The notes under the pieces are model-generated. The model ran no database searches, was not told the DNA's origin, and saw only the letters and a program-made list of their open reading frames with translations. A DNA stretch of 64,000 bases from Minisyncoccota bacterium (GTDB taxonomy: Bacteria; Patescibacteriota; Minisyncoccia; 2-02-FULL-40-12; GWA2-44-9). Both the position numbers and the translations under genes were made by a program. This document shows positions 34,537-42,957 of this stretch, one piece after another. How positions within the stretch are numbered: the first letter of the stretch is position 1; every line of letters starts with the position of its first letter. The stretch lies in assembly GCA_035549275.1 (NCBI GenBank), contig DASZRH010000030.1:1912-65911 (forward strand). Reading direction: 5' to 3'.

Positions 34537-36502
34537 ATGACAGAACTTCTTCATAGTCATCGCTCGGGTCCAGCAGCTGATAGTCAAGCAAATCTTGCGG
34601 CATTTCGGACAGAAAACGTGACGGCAGATTGACTTCGGTGCTACCGAAGATGTTGCGGTACTTGGCGTGGGTCAGAACGAGACGTTCTTTAGCCCGAGTA
34701 ATGCCAACATAGCAGAGGCGGCGCTCTTCTTCCATTTCGTGAGGATTGTAGATCGTCCGGCTGTGCGGGAACAGCCCTTCTTCCATGCCGACGATAAAGA
34801 CCATCGGAAATTCGAGTCCCTTCGACGAGTGCATGGTCATGAGGTTTACCCGCGCGACATTGTCTTTGCCGCGATCGGCGTCCTGCAGGAGCGCGATTTC
34901 TTCCAGAAATCGCGCTCGGCCTTCATCCGGATCGAGATTATCATAGCCCCGCGCTACGGTCATCAATTCGCGAATGTTCTCCATCCGCTCCTCAACATTC
35001 TCGTAATTGCCGCTTTTGGCCAAACTTAAGGTGCGCAAGTAGTCCTCATAGCGGATTGATTCAACGATATATTCGATGACTTTTGTGACCGGCCGTTCGG
35101 CTGCAACTGCTCGGAGGTCGGCTAAAAGCTCGGCGAATTTTTTCAAAGCTGCTCCCTTTTTGTTGTCTGTTGCCGCCAATTCTGCCAGGCCTTCGGTGAG
35201 GTCTTTTGTGCCGGCGGCGATAATTTTGTTGTATGTGGCTTCGCCGATGCCGCGAGCCGGCGTGTTGTAGATGCGTTCGAACGCCAAAATATCGGTCGGA
35301 TTATGGATAAATTTCAGATAACTTAGAATGTCTTTGATTTCTTTGCGATCGTAGAATTTTAGGCCGCCGACAATCTGGTATGGCAGGTGCTTCACGATGA
35401 GCGCCTCTTCGATGGCTCGGGACTGGGCGTGTGTGCGGTAGAGAATCGTGAAGTCATTCAATTTGTATCCCTGGCGGAGATATTTTACGATCTGCCCGAC
35501 GACGAAATTAGCTTCGGCCCGCTCGTTGAGCGTTTCTTTGACTACGATTCGCTCCCCCGCTCCGTTCTCGGTCCAGAGCGTCTTGGGAATTTGGTTTTTG
35601 TTGTTGGAGATAATATGCTGGGCCGCAGCGAGAATCGTCTGGGTCGAGCGGTAGTTTTGTTCCAGCAGAATAACTTGGGCGTCGGCGTAATCTTTTTGGA
35701 AATTCAGAATGTTTCGAATATCAGCTTCGCGGAATGCATAGATGGACTGGGCATCGTCGCCGATCACGAAGAGGTTTCGGTGCTTTTGGGCCAGCAGCTG
35801 AACGAACTGGTACTGGTCGTGGCTGGTGTCTTGGTATTCATCAACGAGAATATATTTCCAAAACTCGTGGTACTTGGCGAGAATGTTCGGATGATCTTTG
35901 AAAATTTTGACCGTCAAGACGATCAGGTCGTCAAAATCGAGCGAGTTCATATTTTTGAGCTGAGTTTGATATTGTTGGTAGAGCTTGGCGACCAGCTTCT
36001 CGATGTATTCATGAGGCCGATAGCTGTCGGGCCAGATGAGATCGGTCTTGAGTTTCGAAATTTTGTTGAGCATAGTCCGCGGGTTGTAGCGCTTGGGATC
36101 GATTTCCAGTTCACCCATGATGCGCTTCATGAGTGCAAGCTGATCATCACTGCCGAGGATCGAAAACTGGTTGCTGTAGCCCAGAACGCCGATTTCACGG
36201 CGCAGAATCCGAAGGCCCAATGAATGAAAGGTGCTGATTGCCGGCAATTCTTGTGATTTCTTTTTGGCTGTGCCCAGGAGCGTGCCAATGCGTTCTTTCA
36301 TTTCGTTGGCGGCCTTGTTGGTAAAAGTGATGGCGAGAATGCTGGCCGGCGGGATGCCGGAAGCGATCAGATATGCGACTCGATGTGTGAGGCAGCGTGT
36401 TTTGCCGGAACCGGGTCCGGAGATAACCAAAACCGGGCCGTCGAGCGTTTTGACGGCTTCAATTTGCTTATCATTCAACCCTCTCAAGATCGCGTCCTTC
36501 AT
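34529..36502 (-). CDS. pcrA: ATP-dependent DNA helicase PcrA/UvrD
   Basis: GPGSGKT, TFTNKAA, DEYQD, GDDAQSIY, NYRS, MHSSKGLEF, EERRLCYVGITRA. Confidence 0.95.
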   Translation of the reverse strand: MKDAILRGLNDKQIEAVKTLDGPVLVISGPGSGKTRCLTHRVAYLIASGIPPASILAITFTNKAANEMKERIGTLLGTAKKKSQELPAISTFHSLGLRILRREIGVLGYSNQFSILGSDDQLALMKRIMGELEIDPKRYNPRTMLNKISKLKTDLIWPDSYRPHEYIEKLVAKLYQQYQTQLKNMNSLDFDDLIVLTVKIFKDHPNILAKYHEFWKYILVDEYQDTSHDQYQFVQLLAQKHRNLFVIGDDAQSIYAFREADIRNILNFQKDYADAQVILLEQNYRSTQTILAAAQHIISNNKNQIPKTLWTENGAGERIVVKETLNERAEANFVVGQIVKYLRQGYKLNDFTILYRTHAQSRAIEEALIVKHLPYQIVGGLKFYDRKEIKDILSYLKFIHNPTDILAFERIYNTPARGIGEATYNKIIAAGTKDLTEGLAELAATDNKKGAALKKFAELLADLRAVAAERPVTKVIEYIVESIRYEDYLRTLSLAKSGNYENVEERMENIRELMTVARGYDNLDPDEGRARFLEEIALLQDADRGKDNVARVNLMTMHSSKGLEFPMVFIVGMEEGLFPHSRTIYNPHEMEEERRLCYVGITRAKERLVLTHAKYRNIFGSTEVNLPSRFLSEMPQDLLDYQLLDPSDDYEEVLSYD

Positions 36503-36582
36503 GCGTCCATATTCTACCGCATTTCTTGAAAAATGTGGACTACATCCGTGCGAATTGGAACCAAGTGATGCGGGAAATTAAA

Positions 36583-36825
36583 CTAATTGGTTCCGCTTAC
36601 GCCGAACAATACTTTTAACTTGTTTCTGTTCTTTTTCTTTATTTCAAACCCCAAATTAGTCGATAAAATAAAAACCGTCTTAAAAACCCAGAAACGAAGA
36701 TAATAACCACTTATGATTTTAGGTTTAACAAACTTGGGAGTTCGGTATTCATTATCTCCATTTTCTATTTCGGTCGATAAAAAAGTGTCGTTACCGAAAC
36801 CTATCTCTGCAAATACTTTTTTCAT
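36583..36825 (-). CDS. Small hypothetical protein (DUF3977-like)
   Basis: EIGFGN.TFLSTEIE...YLRFW pattern recalled from DUF3977; AT-rich; directly downstream of tRNA-Ala. Confidence 0.65.
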   Translation of the reverse strand: MKKVFAEIGFGNDTFLSTEIENGDNEYRTPKFVKPKIISGYYLRFWVFKTVFILSTNLGFEIKKKNRNKLKVLFGVSGTN

Positions 36826-36848
36826 AATGGTTCTAATACAAACAAATT

Positions 36849-36922
36849 TGGTGGACCTGGCGAGAATCGAACTCGCGCCTCCGCAATGCGAATGCGGCGT
36901 TGTACCACTTAACTACAGGCCC
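36849..36922 (-). tRNA. tRNA-Ala (CGC), CCA encoded
   Basis: G3-U70 acceptor GGGCCTG/CAGGTCC; anticodon arm CCGCA-TTCGCAT-TGCGG. Confidence 0.94.
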
Positions 36923-36935
36923 CTGACATATACTG

Positions 36936-37006
36936 TCGGGCTGCCGAGAATCGAACTCGGTCTTCACGAACCCGAATCGTGCGTACTACCGGCATACTCC
37001 AGCCCG
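36936..37006 (-). tRNA. tRNA-Pro (CGG)
   Basis: Acceptor CGGGCTG/CAGCCCG-A; anticodon arm CACGA-TTCGGGT-TCGTG; atypical G8/G14. Confidence 0.88.
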
Positions 37007-37049
37007 AATATCCGCTCTATAATACCAAATTTTAAGATTTTGACCAGGG

Positions 37050-37487
37050 TTAGCGGTGGCCCGTGCTGCCGAACCCGCCGCGCGTTTTGGCTTTCATTTT
37101 GGAAGTTTCTCGCCACGTCGCGCGGGAGAATTTCAGGAGAATTCCCTGTGCTACGCGCGTCCCCTTTTCAACAGTTACTGTCTTTCGGGTAAAATTGTGC
37201 GCCAGGAACTTGTACTCATCTTCATCCCCGGCATAGTCGGTATCAATAATGCCAACTCCGTTTACGGGTAAAAGGCCGAGCTTGTGCAGCGAACTGCGGG
37301 CCGCCAGCAGCACAAAATAACCCTTAGGAACGGCAATGGCCACATTCAGCGGAATCAACGCGGTTACGCCAGGCTTGAGGGTTACTGTTTCCCGCGCCGC
37401 AAGATCGAAACCGGCTGCGCCGGCGGTTTTGTATTCCGGGAGTGGAAGCGATGGGTCAAACCGTTTAATCTTGATCTGTTTCAACAT
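37050..37487 (-). CDS. dut: dUTP diphosphatase
   Basis: AGFDL, RSSL, GIIDTDY, RVAQ, RGGFGSTG. Confidence 0.95.
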   Translation of the reverse strand: MLKQIKIKRFDPSLPLPEYKTAGAAGFDLAARETVTLKPGVTALIPLNVAIAVPKGYFVLLAARSSLHKLGLLPVNGVGIIDTDYAGDEDEYKFLAHNFTRKTVTVEKGTRVAQGILLKFSRATWRETSKMKAKTRGGFGSTGHR

Positions 37488-38913
37488 GGTATTTTTCGGC
37501 AATGGCTTCGTCTTCAGCTTGCTGGGCGCGGTGTATCTTTTCCAGGGCCGCGGTAAGTTCTGCGGGCGTGCTCTTGTCCAGTTCGTGAATGCGGCCGACG
37601 AGATGGTCGCGCTCATTCAGGGCTGGGTTCTCAAGCACTTCAGCCAAAAGCATATTCAGAACGAGCCCGACTTTCGGGCCTGGGCCGCCAGAAAGTTCAT
37701 TCATGACGTCATGCCCATTCACCTTGAGCATTTTAACCGAGATGGGGTCCTTGGAAACTTTCTCTATCATGTATTTGAGGTGGCGCAATTTGTATGGGAC
37801 GGCTTTCGGCCGGCCTGATCCGATTCGGTCGGCCTCTCGGAGCTTCAGGAGATCTTCGACGTTTTCGGTGCCGACATTGGCGACCAGGCGGCGGACGGAA
37901 GATTCGGTGACCTCGCCGACGTTATAGAAAAACATGTGGTAGCGGACGAGCTTCACCAGGCGATCAGCTAGATCGTTGGGAAGCTTCAAGCGTTCGGCGA
38001 TGCTGGCAACCATGCGGGCGCCGATGACTTCGTGGCCATAGAATGTGGCGTGAGTGCCTTCGCCGCGCTTGGAGCGGGGCTTGCCGATGTCGTGAAAGAG
38101 CGCCGCTAGGCGGACGGCAGTCGAATAGCCCTGGTCGGCGGCGTATTTCAGCGCCAGCGCGTTATGTTCCCAGACGGTATAGATATGGTGGAGATTTTGG
38201 GTGACCCCGATCCCCTCGCGCAGTTCGGGCAGGATATACTTCAGAAGGCCGAGTTCTTCCAAAAGCAGAATGCCGTGATACGCGCACGGCGATTCGATGA
38301 TTTTGAGGAATTCATCGCGAATTCGTTCTTTCGAAATCGCTTCCAGCCACGCGGCGCTGGCGACGATCGCCGCGCGCGTCGGCTTATCAAGGGCAAAATC
38401 CAGAACCGTAGCGAAGCGCGCAGCGCGCAACAGGCGCAAGGCATCTTCGGAAAAACGCTTATTCGGATCGCCGACCGTCCGCAGGACTTTGTTATTGATA
38501 TCTTCTCGGCCGCCGAAGTTATCAATAACAGTCCTGTCGGCGGCCATTGCTATGGCGTTGACGGTGAAATCGCGGCGCGACAAATCTTCGCTCAAGGTCT
38601 TGGCGAATCGAATCTCATCCGGATGGCGCTTGTCGGTGTACTTCCCTTCAATGCGGTAGGGCGTTACCTCGATGATGGCCAGGGCCGGGTCTTCGGAACT
38701 AGTTTTGATGCCGACAGTGCCGAAATTATTCTCGTAGATGTGTTCGGGAAATAATTTCTGAATTTCTTCGGGTGCAGCGTTGGTGGTAATGTCCCAATCT
38801 TTCGGTGGCAGGCCGCGCAAGAGGTCCCTGACGCAGCCGCCGACTGCATACGCTTCAAAACCGCCCATGCGGAGGGTTTCTAGAACTGTCAGAACTTCAG
38901 ATGGTAGTGTCAT
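37465..38913 (-). CDS. cca: CCA tRNA nucleotidyltransferase with HD domain
   Basis: VGGCVRD, DWD, DLSRRDFTVNA, EDALRLLR, ERIRDE, HDIGK. Confidence 0.92.
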   Translation of the reverse strand: MTLPSEVLTVLETLRMGGFEAYAVGGCVRDLLRGLPPKDWDITTNAAPEEIQKLFPEHIYENNFGTVGIKTSSEDPALAIIEVTPYRIEGKYTDKRHPDEIRFAKTLSEDLSRRDFTVNAIAMAADRTVIDNFGGREDINNKVLRTVGDPNKRFSEDALRLLRAARFATVLDFALDKPTRAAIVASAAWLEAISKERIRDEFLKIIESPCAYHGILLLEELGLLKYILPELREGIGVTQNLHHIYTVWEHNALALKYAADQGYSTAVRLAALFHDIGKPRSKRGEGTHATFYGHEVIGARMVASIAERLKLPNDLADRLVKLVRYHMFFYNVGEVTESSVRRLVANVGTENVEDLLKLREADRIGSGRPKAVPYKLRHLKYMIEKVSKDPISVKMLKVNGHDVMNELSGGPGPKVGLVLNMLLAEVLENPALNERDHLVGRIHELDKSTPAELTAALEKIHRAQQAEDEAIAEKYHVETDQD

Positions 38914-38924
38914 GGCAAAATATG

Positions 38925-38996
38925 TGCCCTCGGTACGAATTGAACGTACATCAAGCCCTTAGGACGGGCCCGTTCTATCCTTTGAACTACGAGGGC
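38925..38996 (-). tRNA. tRNA-Arg (CCT)
   Basis: Acceptor GCCCTCG/CGAGGGC-A; anticodon arm GGCCC-GTCCTAA-GGGCT. Confidence 0.92.
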
Positions 38997-39057
38997 AAGG
39001 ATGCGGGTTTCATCTTGCGAGGATATCATTTTTATGGTATTTTTTCAATTGCATTTA

Positions 39058-39133
39058 GGGCCGCTAGCTCATCTGGTAGAGCGCTTCCATGGCATGGAAG
39101 AGGTGACCGGTTCGATTCCGGTGCGGTCCACCA
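39058..39133 (+). tRNA. tRNA-Ala (GGC), CCA encoded
   Basis: G3-U70 acceptor GGGCCGC/GCGGTCC; anticodon arm CTTCC-ATGGCAT-GGAAG. Confidence 0.95.
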
Positions 39134-39207
39134 AATTTGATTTGACGAAGAACGCAATCCGCGCGCGTGGAAGAATAAAAAATAAGACATCTTTTGTTTA
39201 AGATGTC

Positions 39208-39441
39208 TTATTTTACGTTGCTTTGCATAACTTTCACGCGTCTAATACTTGTTATCTTGCTATTCGGAATATCTAGATAATCCGTAACATGATCTTCTGT
39301 CGCATTGAAAGCAACCCGTATAGATTCGGGCATCTCTCGTATTAATACACCCGTACAGATATATTCTCTATCTTGCTTGCCGGTAAACGAGACCTCTATA
39401 TATATATTCGATACGTTTTTTTCTGGATAAAATTTCTTCAT
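39208..39441 (-). CDS. Small low-GC protein, Sm/SH3-like barrel predicted by pattern
   Basis: ICTGVLIRE..SIRVAF..LDIP.SKI.SI; overlaps the upstream gene by 4 nt. Confidence 0.65.
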   Translation of the reverse strand: MKKFYPEKNVSNIYIEVSFTGKQDREYICTGVLIREMPESIRVAFNATEDHVTDYLDIPNSKITSIRRVKVMQSNVK

Positions 39442-39929
39442 TGCATCTTCTTTATTATCTTGATGACTGAGATTGGTATGACATAAAATGTCGGTCGTTT
39501 TTTTGGGTGCTCAATTCTTGAATTTCGATATCTCTTGGTTGTTGTAGGATTAGAAACTATCAAGCGCTGCGAGTCCACATCTTCAAGCACGCCGACAGTT
39601 TTTATCAAAGAACATTTCCTGCGCTTCGAATACGAGACGAGCGTTACGTCCTCCCATTTTACCAAAATCTTATCGCCTTGTTTTGCGTCACACTCTAACG
39701 AAGTTTTTTTTTGCTTCTTGTTTCCCTTGTGTATCAAACTTGGTGGTATGAGCAGACCACGAACAATTCCGTCGAATCTTGGTCTTATTTGTCTTACAAA
39801 TTCAACGCGTACAGACTGTTCGTCTTTTGAGACATATCCGCAGGCTTCATGTATTCGAAATATGCTCGTACTGTATGTGGGCGTATAGAGATAATATGAA
39901 TCTATGTATTTTATGATTTTTGCAATCAT
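39438..39929 (-). CDS. Low-GC protein with two tandem Sm/SH3-like domains
   Basis: Internal repeat: HEACGYV..VRVEF..LLIPPSLI and KTVGVL..LIVSN..YVIPISVI. Confidence 0.65.
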   Translation of the reverse strand: MIAKIIKYIDSYYLYTPTYSTSIFRIHEACGYVSKDEQSVRVEFVRQIRPRFDGIVRGLLIPPSLIHKGNKKQKKTSLECDAKQGDKILVKWEDVTLVSYSKRRKCSLIKTVGVLEDVDSQRLIVSNPTTTKRYRNSRIEHPKKRPTFYVIPISVIKIIKKMQ

Positions 39930-39999
39930 GAGTTAATTCTAGCAAATTAAGAAGGGGTGGACACAAAAGAGATGCCCACCCACAAAAAGAGTTTCCGAT

Positions 40000-40212
40000 C
40001 TATTTCTTCCCGAAGATAGATGACCAGAAACTCTCCGCTCGCGATCCAGACTCATCTGTCTTGCTGAATCTTTCTGAGTTCTTAGAAGAGTTTCCTCTCT
40101 CAAAAACCCCAGCTTTCTCGGCGTCATCTCGAGCAGCATGTTCCGCCCGGGCGACGTCTTTCAGCGAATCTCCGCTGTGTTTGGACGTGTCACGATCTGT
40201 CCATTTACCCAC
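40000..40212 (-). CDS. Small hydrophilic protein (70 aa) with its own promoter, strong SD and terminator
   Basis: AAAGGAGGTGA 5 nt before the GTG at 40212; upstream TTGACA-17 nt-CAATAT; downstream hairpin at about 39954-39981. Confidence 0.7.
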   Translation of the reverse strand: MGKWTDRDTSKHSGDSLKDVARAEHAARDDAEKAGVFERGNSSKNSERFSKTDESGSRAESFWSSIFGKK

Positions 40213-40425
40213 CCTTCTCACCTCCTTTTGGGTCGGTTTAAGGTACGCACCAAAACAGAACCATTCTGCTTTGTCTGTGTACAATATTGCCTACCACCTA
40301 CTCTTCTGTCAATACTTTCAGGGTGGAGTACTATTTGACTATGGATTTTAACGTCATTCATCAGTCTCCACTACCCATTGCGTTCGATGCAAAATTTTGA
40401 TATCGTATACAACTGCCCTTTCAAA

Positions 40426-41751
40426 ATGGCACACACTATGCATACCAACACTATGAACACGCATGATATCCTTCAGCAGTATCGTCAGAAAATCGATCCA
40501 TCGGTAAAAACCGATTTTAAAGATCCGGTTATTCTTGCTCTTGCCCGAACCATTGCCGACGAGCTTGTTCGCGCGGCGGCGGACTTCCAGGAACTGGTTG
40601 CGCTTGAGAAACAGACCACGGCTTCGGAGGTAAAGCGCACGCTTCCCAATTTACTGCATTTGGCCGTAAAGCTTGCTCGCTCTCGTGCAGCCATACTTGG
40701 ATCACGGCCCTTCCTTGCTTCGATTATCCTTCCCGCCTATGGAGAGAATATCCGCATGAAAGAACGCGGTACCGGCCCGGATCGGCACCCCAACGGTGAG
40801 AATTTCATCATTGAGAAAAGCAAGCAGCTCGAATGGCTGTTTGCGGGTTCGCCGAGCACGTATGAAGTGACGATCGTAGATGATATGTCCAAGCCTGACC
40901 CCGAGACAAGCGGCCATGCTGCCGCTGCAGTGATCACCGGCAACAGTATTCCTAATTTCCGTGTTCTATTTTTGGAAGACGGCGTCCGGAACGAAAAAGG
41001 GGGCGATACGATTGTTGCCCGGGCCTTAGTCGGCGTTGAGCATCCCAAAAACACCAAGAAGGCTGGCGCGGTCTACTACGGTATCGCCAAGGCCATCGAG
41101 AAACACGGCATAGCCGATTTCCATGTGATTGTCTTGACCGATTGCGATCTCTCGGTCGATATCGGCCAGCTCGGAAATTTGGCCAATCCAATTCTGAACG
41201 CTGCTGCCATGGCGGCAGCCGGCTCACGCCGGCTGCCTGAATCCATACTGGAGATTGAAGCGGCTCGGAATCTCCGCGCTAACACGGCCCGATATTTCCG
41301 CGAGCTCTTGCTGAAAGGTTTGCTGCCCAAGGATACCCAGTGCGGCGCCAAAGCATTTGCGGCCGCGGCGCTCAGCGAAGTCATCTCTTCTGGCATGCAG
41401 ATTCTTGATTTCTCTTTCGACATCGAGCTGTTGACCAAGATTGCACTTCGGTACTCCCCTAACAAAGCGGTGCCCGTAGCGGTCGCGTGGTTCGACAGCG
41501 CCGAGCTGACGACCACGGATTCATCGGTTCACTTCAACATCATGAAGGCCCAGCTGGCGATTGCCAAAAGCAACCAGACTGGCTCCGGACCTGTATTCGA
41601 TGAGGCTGTGGCGGTATCGGAACACCTTACGTCCGATGAAGGTGTCTGGCTCAAACTCTTGGAAAACCTGAAAGACCAACCGGCGATCGTTGAAAAGGTT
41701 CAGTCCTTTGATCCGGCCATCTTGCCAACATTAAAGAAACTGTCGGTATAG
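40426..41751 (+). CDS. Family 2 glycosyltransferase (dolichyl-phosphate hexosyltransferase-like) with N-terminal extension
   Basis: SIILPAYGE, IVDDMS, TDCD (DxD), AGSR, DTQCGAKAF, FDIELL; exact start uncertain. Confidence 0.8.
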   Translation: MAHTMHTNTMNTHDILQQYRQKIDPSVKTDFKDPVILALARTIADELVRAAADFQELVALEKQTTASEVKRTLPNLLHLAVKLARSRAAILGSRPFLASIILPAYGENIRMKERGTGPDRHPNGENFIIEKSKQLEWLFAGSPSTYEVTIVDDMSKPDPETSGHAAAAVITGNSIPNFRVLFLEDGVRNEKGGDTIVARALVGVEHPKNTKKAGAVYYGIAKAIEKHGIADFHVIVLTDCDLSVDIGQLGNLANPILNAAAMAAAGSRRLPESILEIEAARNLRANTARYFRELLLKGLLPKDTQCGAKAFAAAALSEVISSGMQILDFSFDIELLTKIALRYSPNKAVPVAVAWFDSAELTTTDSSVHFNIMKAQLAIAKSNQTGSGPVFDEAVAVSEHLTSDEGVWLKLLENLKDQPAIVEKVQSFDPAILPTLKKLSV

Positions 41752-41761
41752 CATAGCAACG

Positions 41762-41786
41762 AATCCGGCCCCTTCGGGGCCGGATT
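41762..41786 (+). terminator. Intrinsic terminator
   Basis: AATCCGGCCCC-TTC-GGGGCCGGATT followed by T tract. Confidence 0.75.
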
Positions 41787-41874
41787 TTTTACACTCTTGA
41801 CCAATTTATATTTTTTGATTATAATTGCAACAGTCGCGGTTTTTGTTCTTTTAGTACGCGACGGGAAGGGAGCC

Positions 41875-42291
41875 ATGTTAGCGACTGCCCAACAGAAGAC
41901 GACGGAATCCCGGGACACGTTCAAAAGCGTCGTTTTGTGGATCCGCCGCGTTGTGGCCGGCGAGGAATTGCCGGTCCCGGCGGAAGTGGCTGCCGTCGTG
42001 CGGTTAGCCGAACGTTCGAGCAAGGTCCTGTATTGGATCTTTGCGACGGCGAGAAACACGGCGCCTGCTACGCGGAAGGCCATGATCGCGGAGGGCGATC
42101 AGCTCCGGAAAAACGCGCTGGATGTTCTGGCGCGTGTCCGCGGACCGGTCAGCGAGCTTCGCGAGCTGACCGAGAGTTCCTTCCCTCCCCGCGGCATCGT
42201 CGCCGCGAGCGAGGACTTGCATCGAGCTGTCAGCCAGCTTGAGGCCAGTCTCGAAAAGGCCGATCAAGATCGGAGGCATCTGATCGGTTAG
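41875..42291 (+). CDS. Hypothetical helical protein
   Basis: GGAAGGGAG before the ATG; followed by a long hairpin at 42321-42362. Confidence 0.55.
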   Translation: MLATAQQKTTESRDTFKSVVLWIRRVVAGEELPVPAEVAAVVRLAERSSKVLYWIFATARNTAPATRKAMIAEGDQLRKNALDVLARVRGPVSELRELTESSFPPRGIVAASEDLHRAVSQLEASLEKADQDRRHLIG

Positions 42292-42369
42292 GAGGCGCTA
42301 TGTGTAGCGGCCAAGCGACAACGCCGGTGAGCGTGACCAGGATGGTCACCGCTCACCGGCGTGTTTTGT

Positions 42370-42957
42370 TTAGAGCATCCCCAACTCGTGCAGCGCGGCT
42401 TCAAAATAGCGGATTGCTTTGACCGCTTCCGCATGCCGGAGGAAATAGTTTACTTCGTGGGCCAGCCGGTTTCGGACTTTGTGAGCCTCCCAAAGGCTGT
42501 CAATCGAAAGCAGCTGTGTTTTATCAATATTCATCAGGCGTTCCCCCATCGTCTCGCCGGCAAACGAATTTTTCAAAATGTCGTCCACTAATTTGTCGGC
42601 TTCGATAACCGCCACTTTCCATTCGCTTTCATTGGTGGAATCGAGGTGGTTCAGAATTTCCTGCCAGCGGTCGTGCATCACCGTGGCCGGAGAGGCTGAC
42701 GGCGGCGTTTCGATTGCCGCGGCCAGCGTGCGCTTTAATTCGTGCGCTTTCCGCGACGTCCGGACAATGGCAAATAGAAGTACGATGCAGATCGGAACCA
42801 ACATGAATTCAAGCAAATGGATGAATGAAGATCGTAGAATATAGTCATTGCCGGATTCGGTAATAGCAGCCAGGTCATAGGAGCCGAATTTCAAAGATGT
42901 CGCCTCATAGACGGCGGTTAGGATTGTAACGACAAAATTGTTTAACAGTTGGCTCAT
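42370..42957 (-). CDS. Conserved hypothetical membrane-anchored protein
   Basis: TM segment, then WKVAVIEADKLVDD..GETMGERL..WEAHKVRNRLAH; coupled to gatA. Confidence 0.75.
   Translation of the reverse strand: MSQLLNNFVVTILTAVYEATSLKFGSYDLAAITESGNDYILRSSFIHLLEFMLVPICIVLLFAIVRTSRKAHELKRTLAAAIETPPSASPATVMHDRWQEILNHLDSTNESEWKVAVIEADKLVDDILKNSFAGETMGERLMNIDKTQLLSIDSLWEAHKVRNRLAHEVNYFLRHAEAVKAIRYFEAALHELGML

Noticed and set aside
35387-36223. 278-aa plus-strand ORF and many similar long antisense ORFs
   Set aside because: They overlap well-supported genes such as pcrA on the opposite strand and show no motifs.
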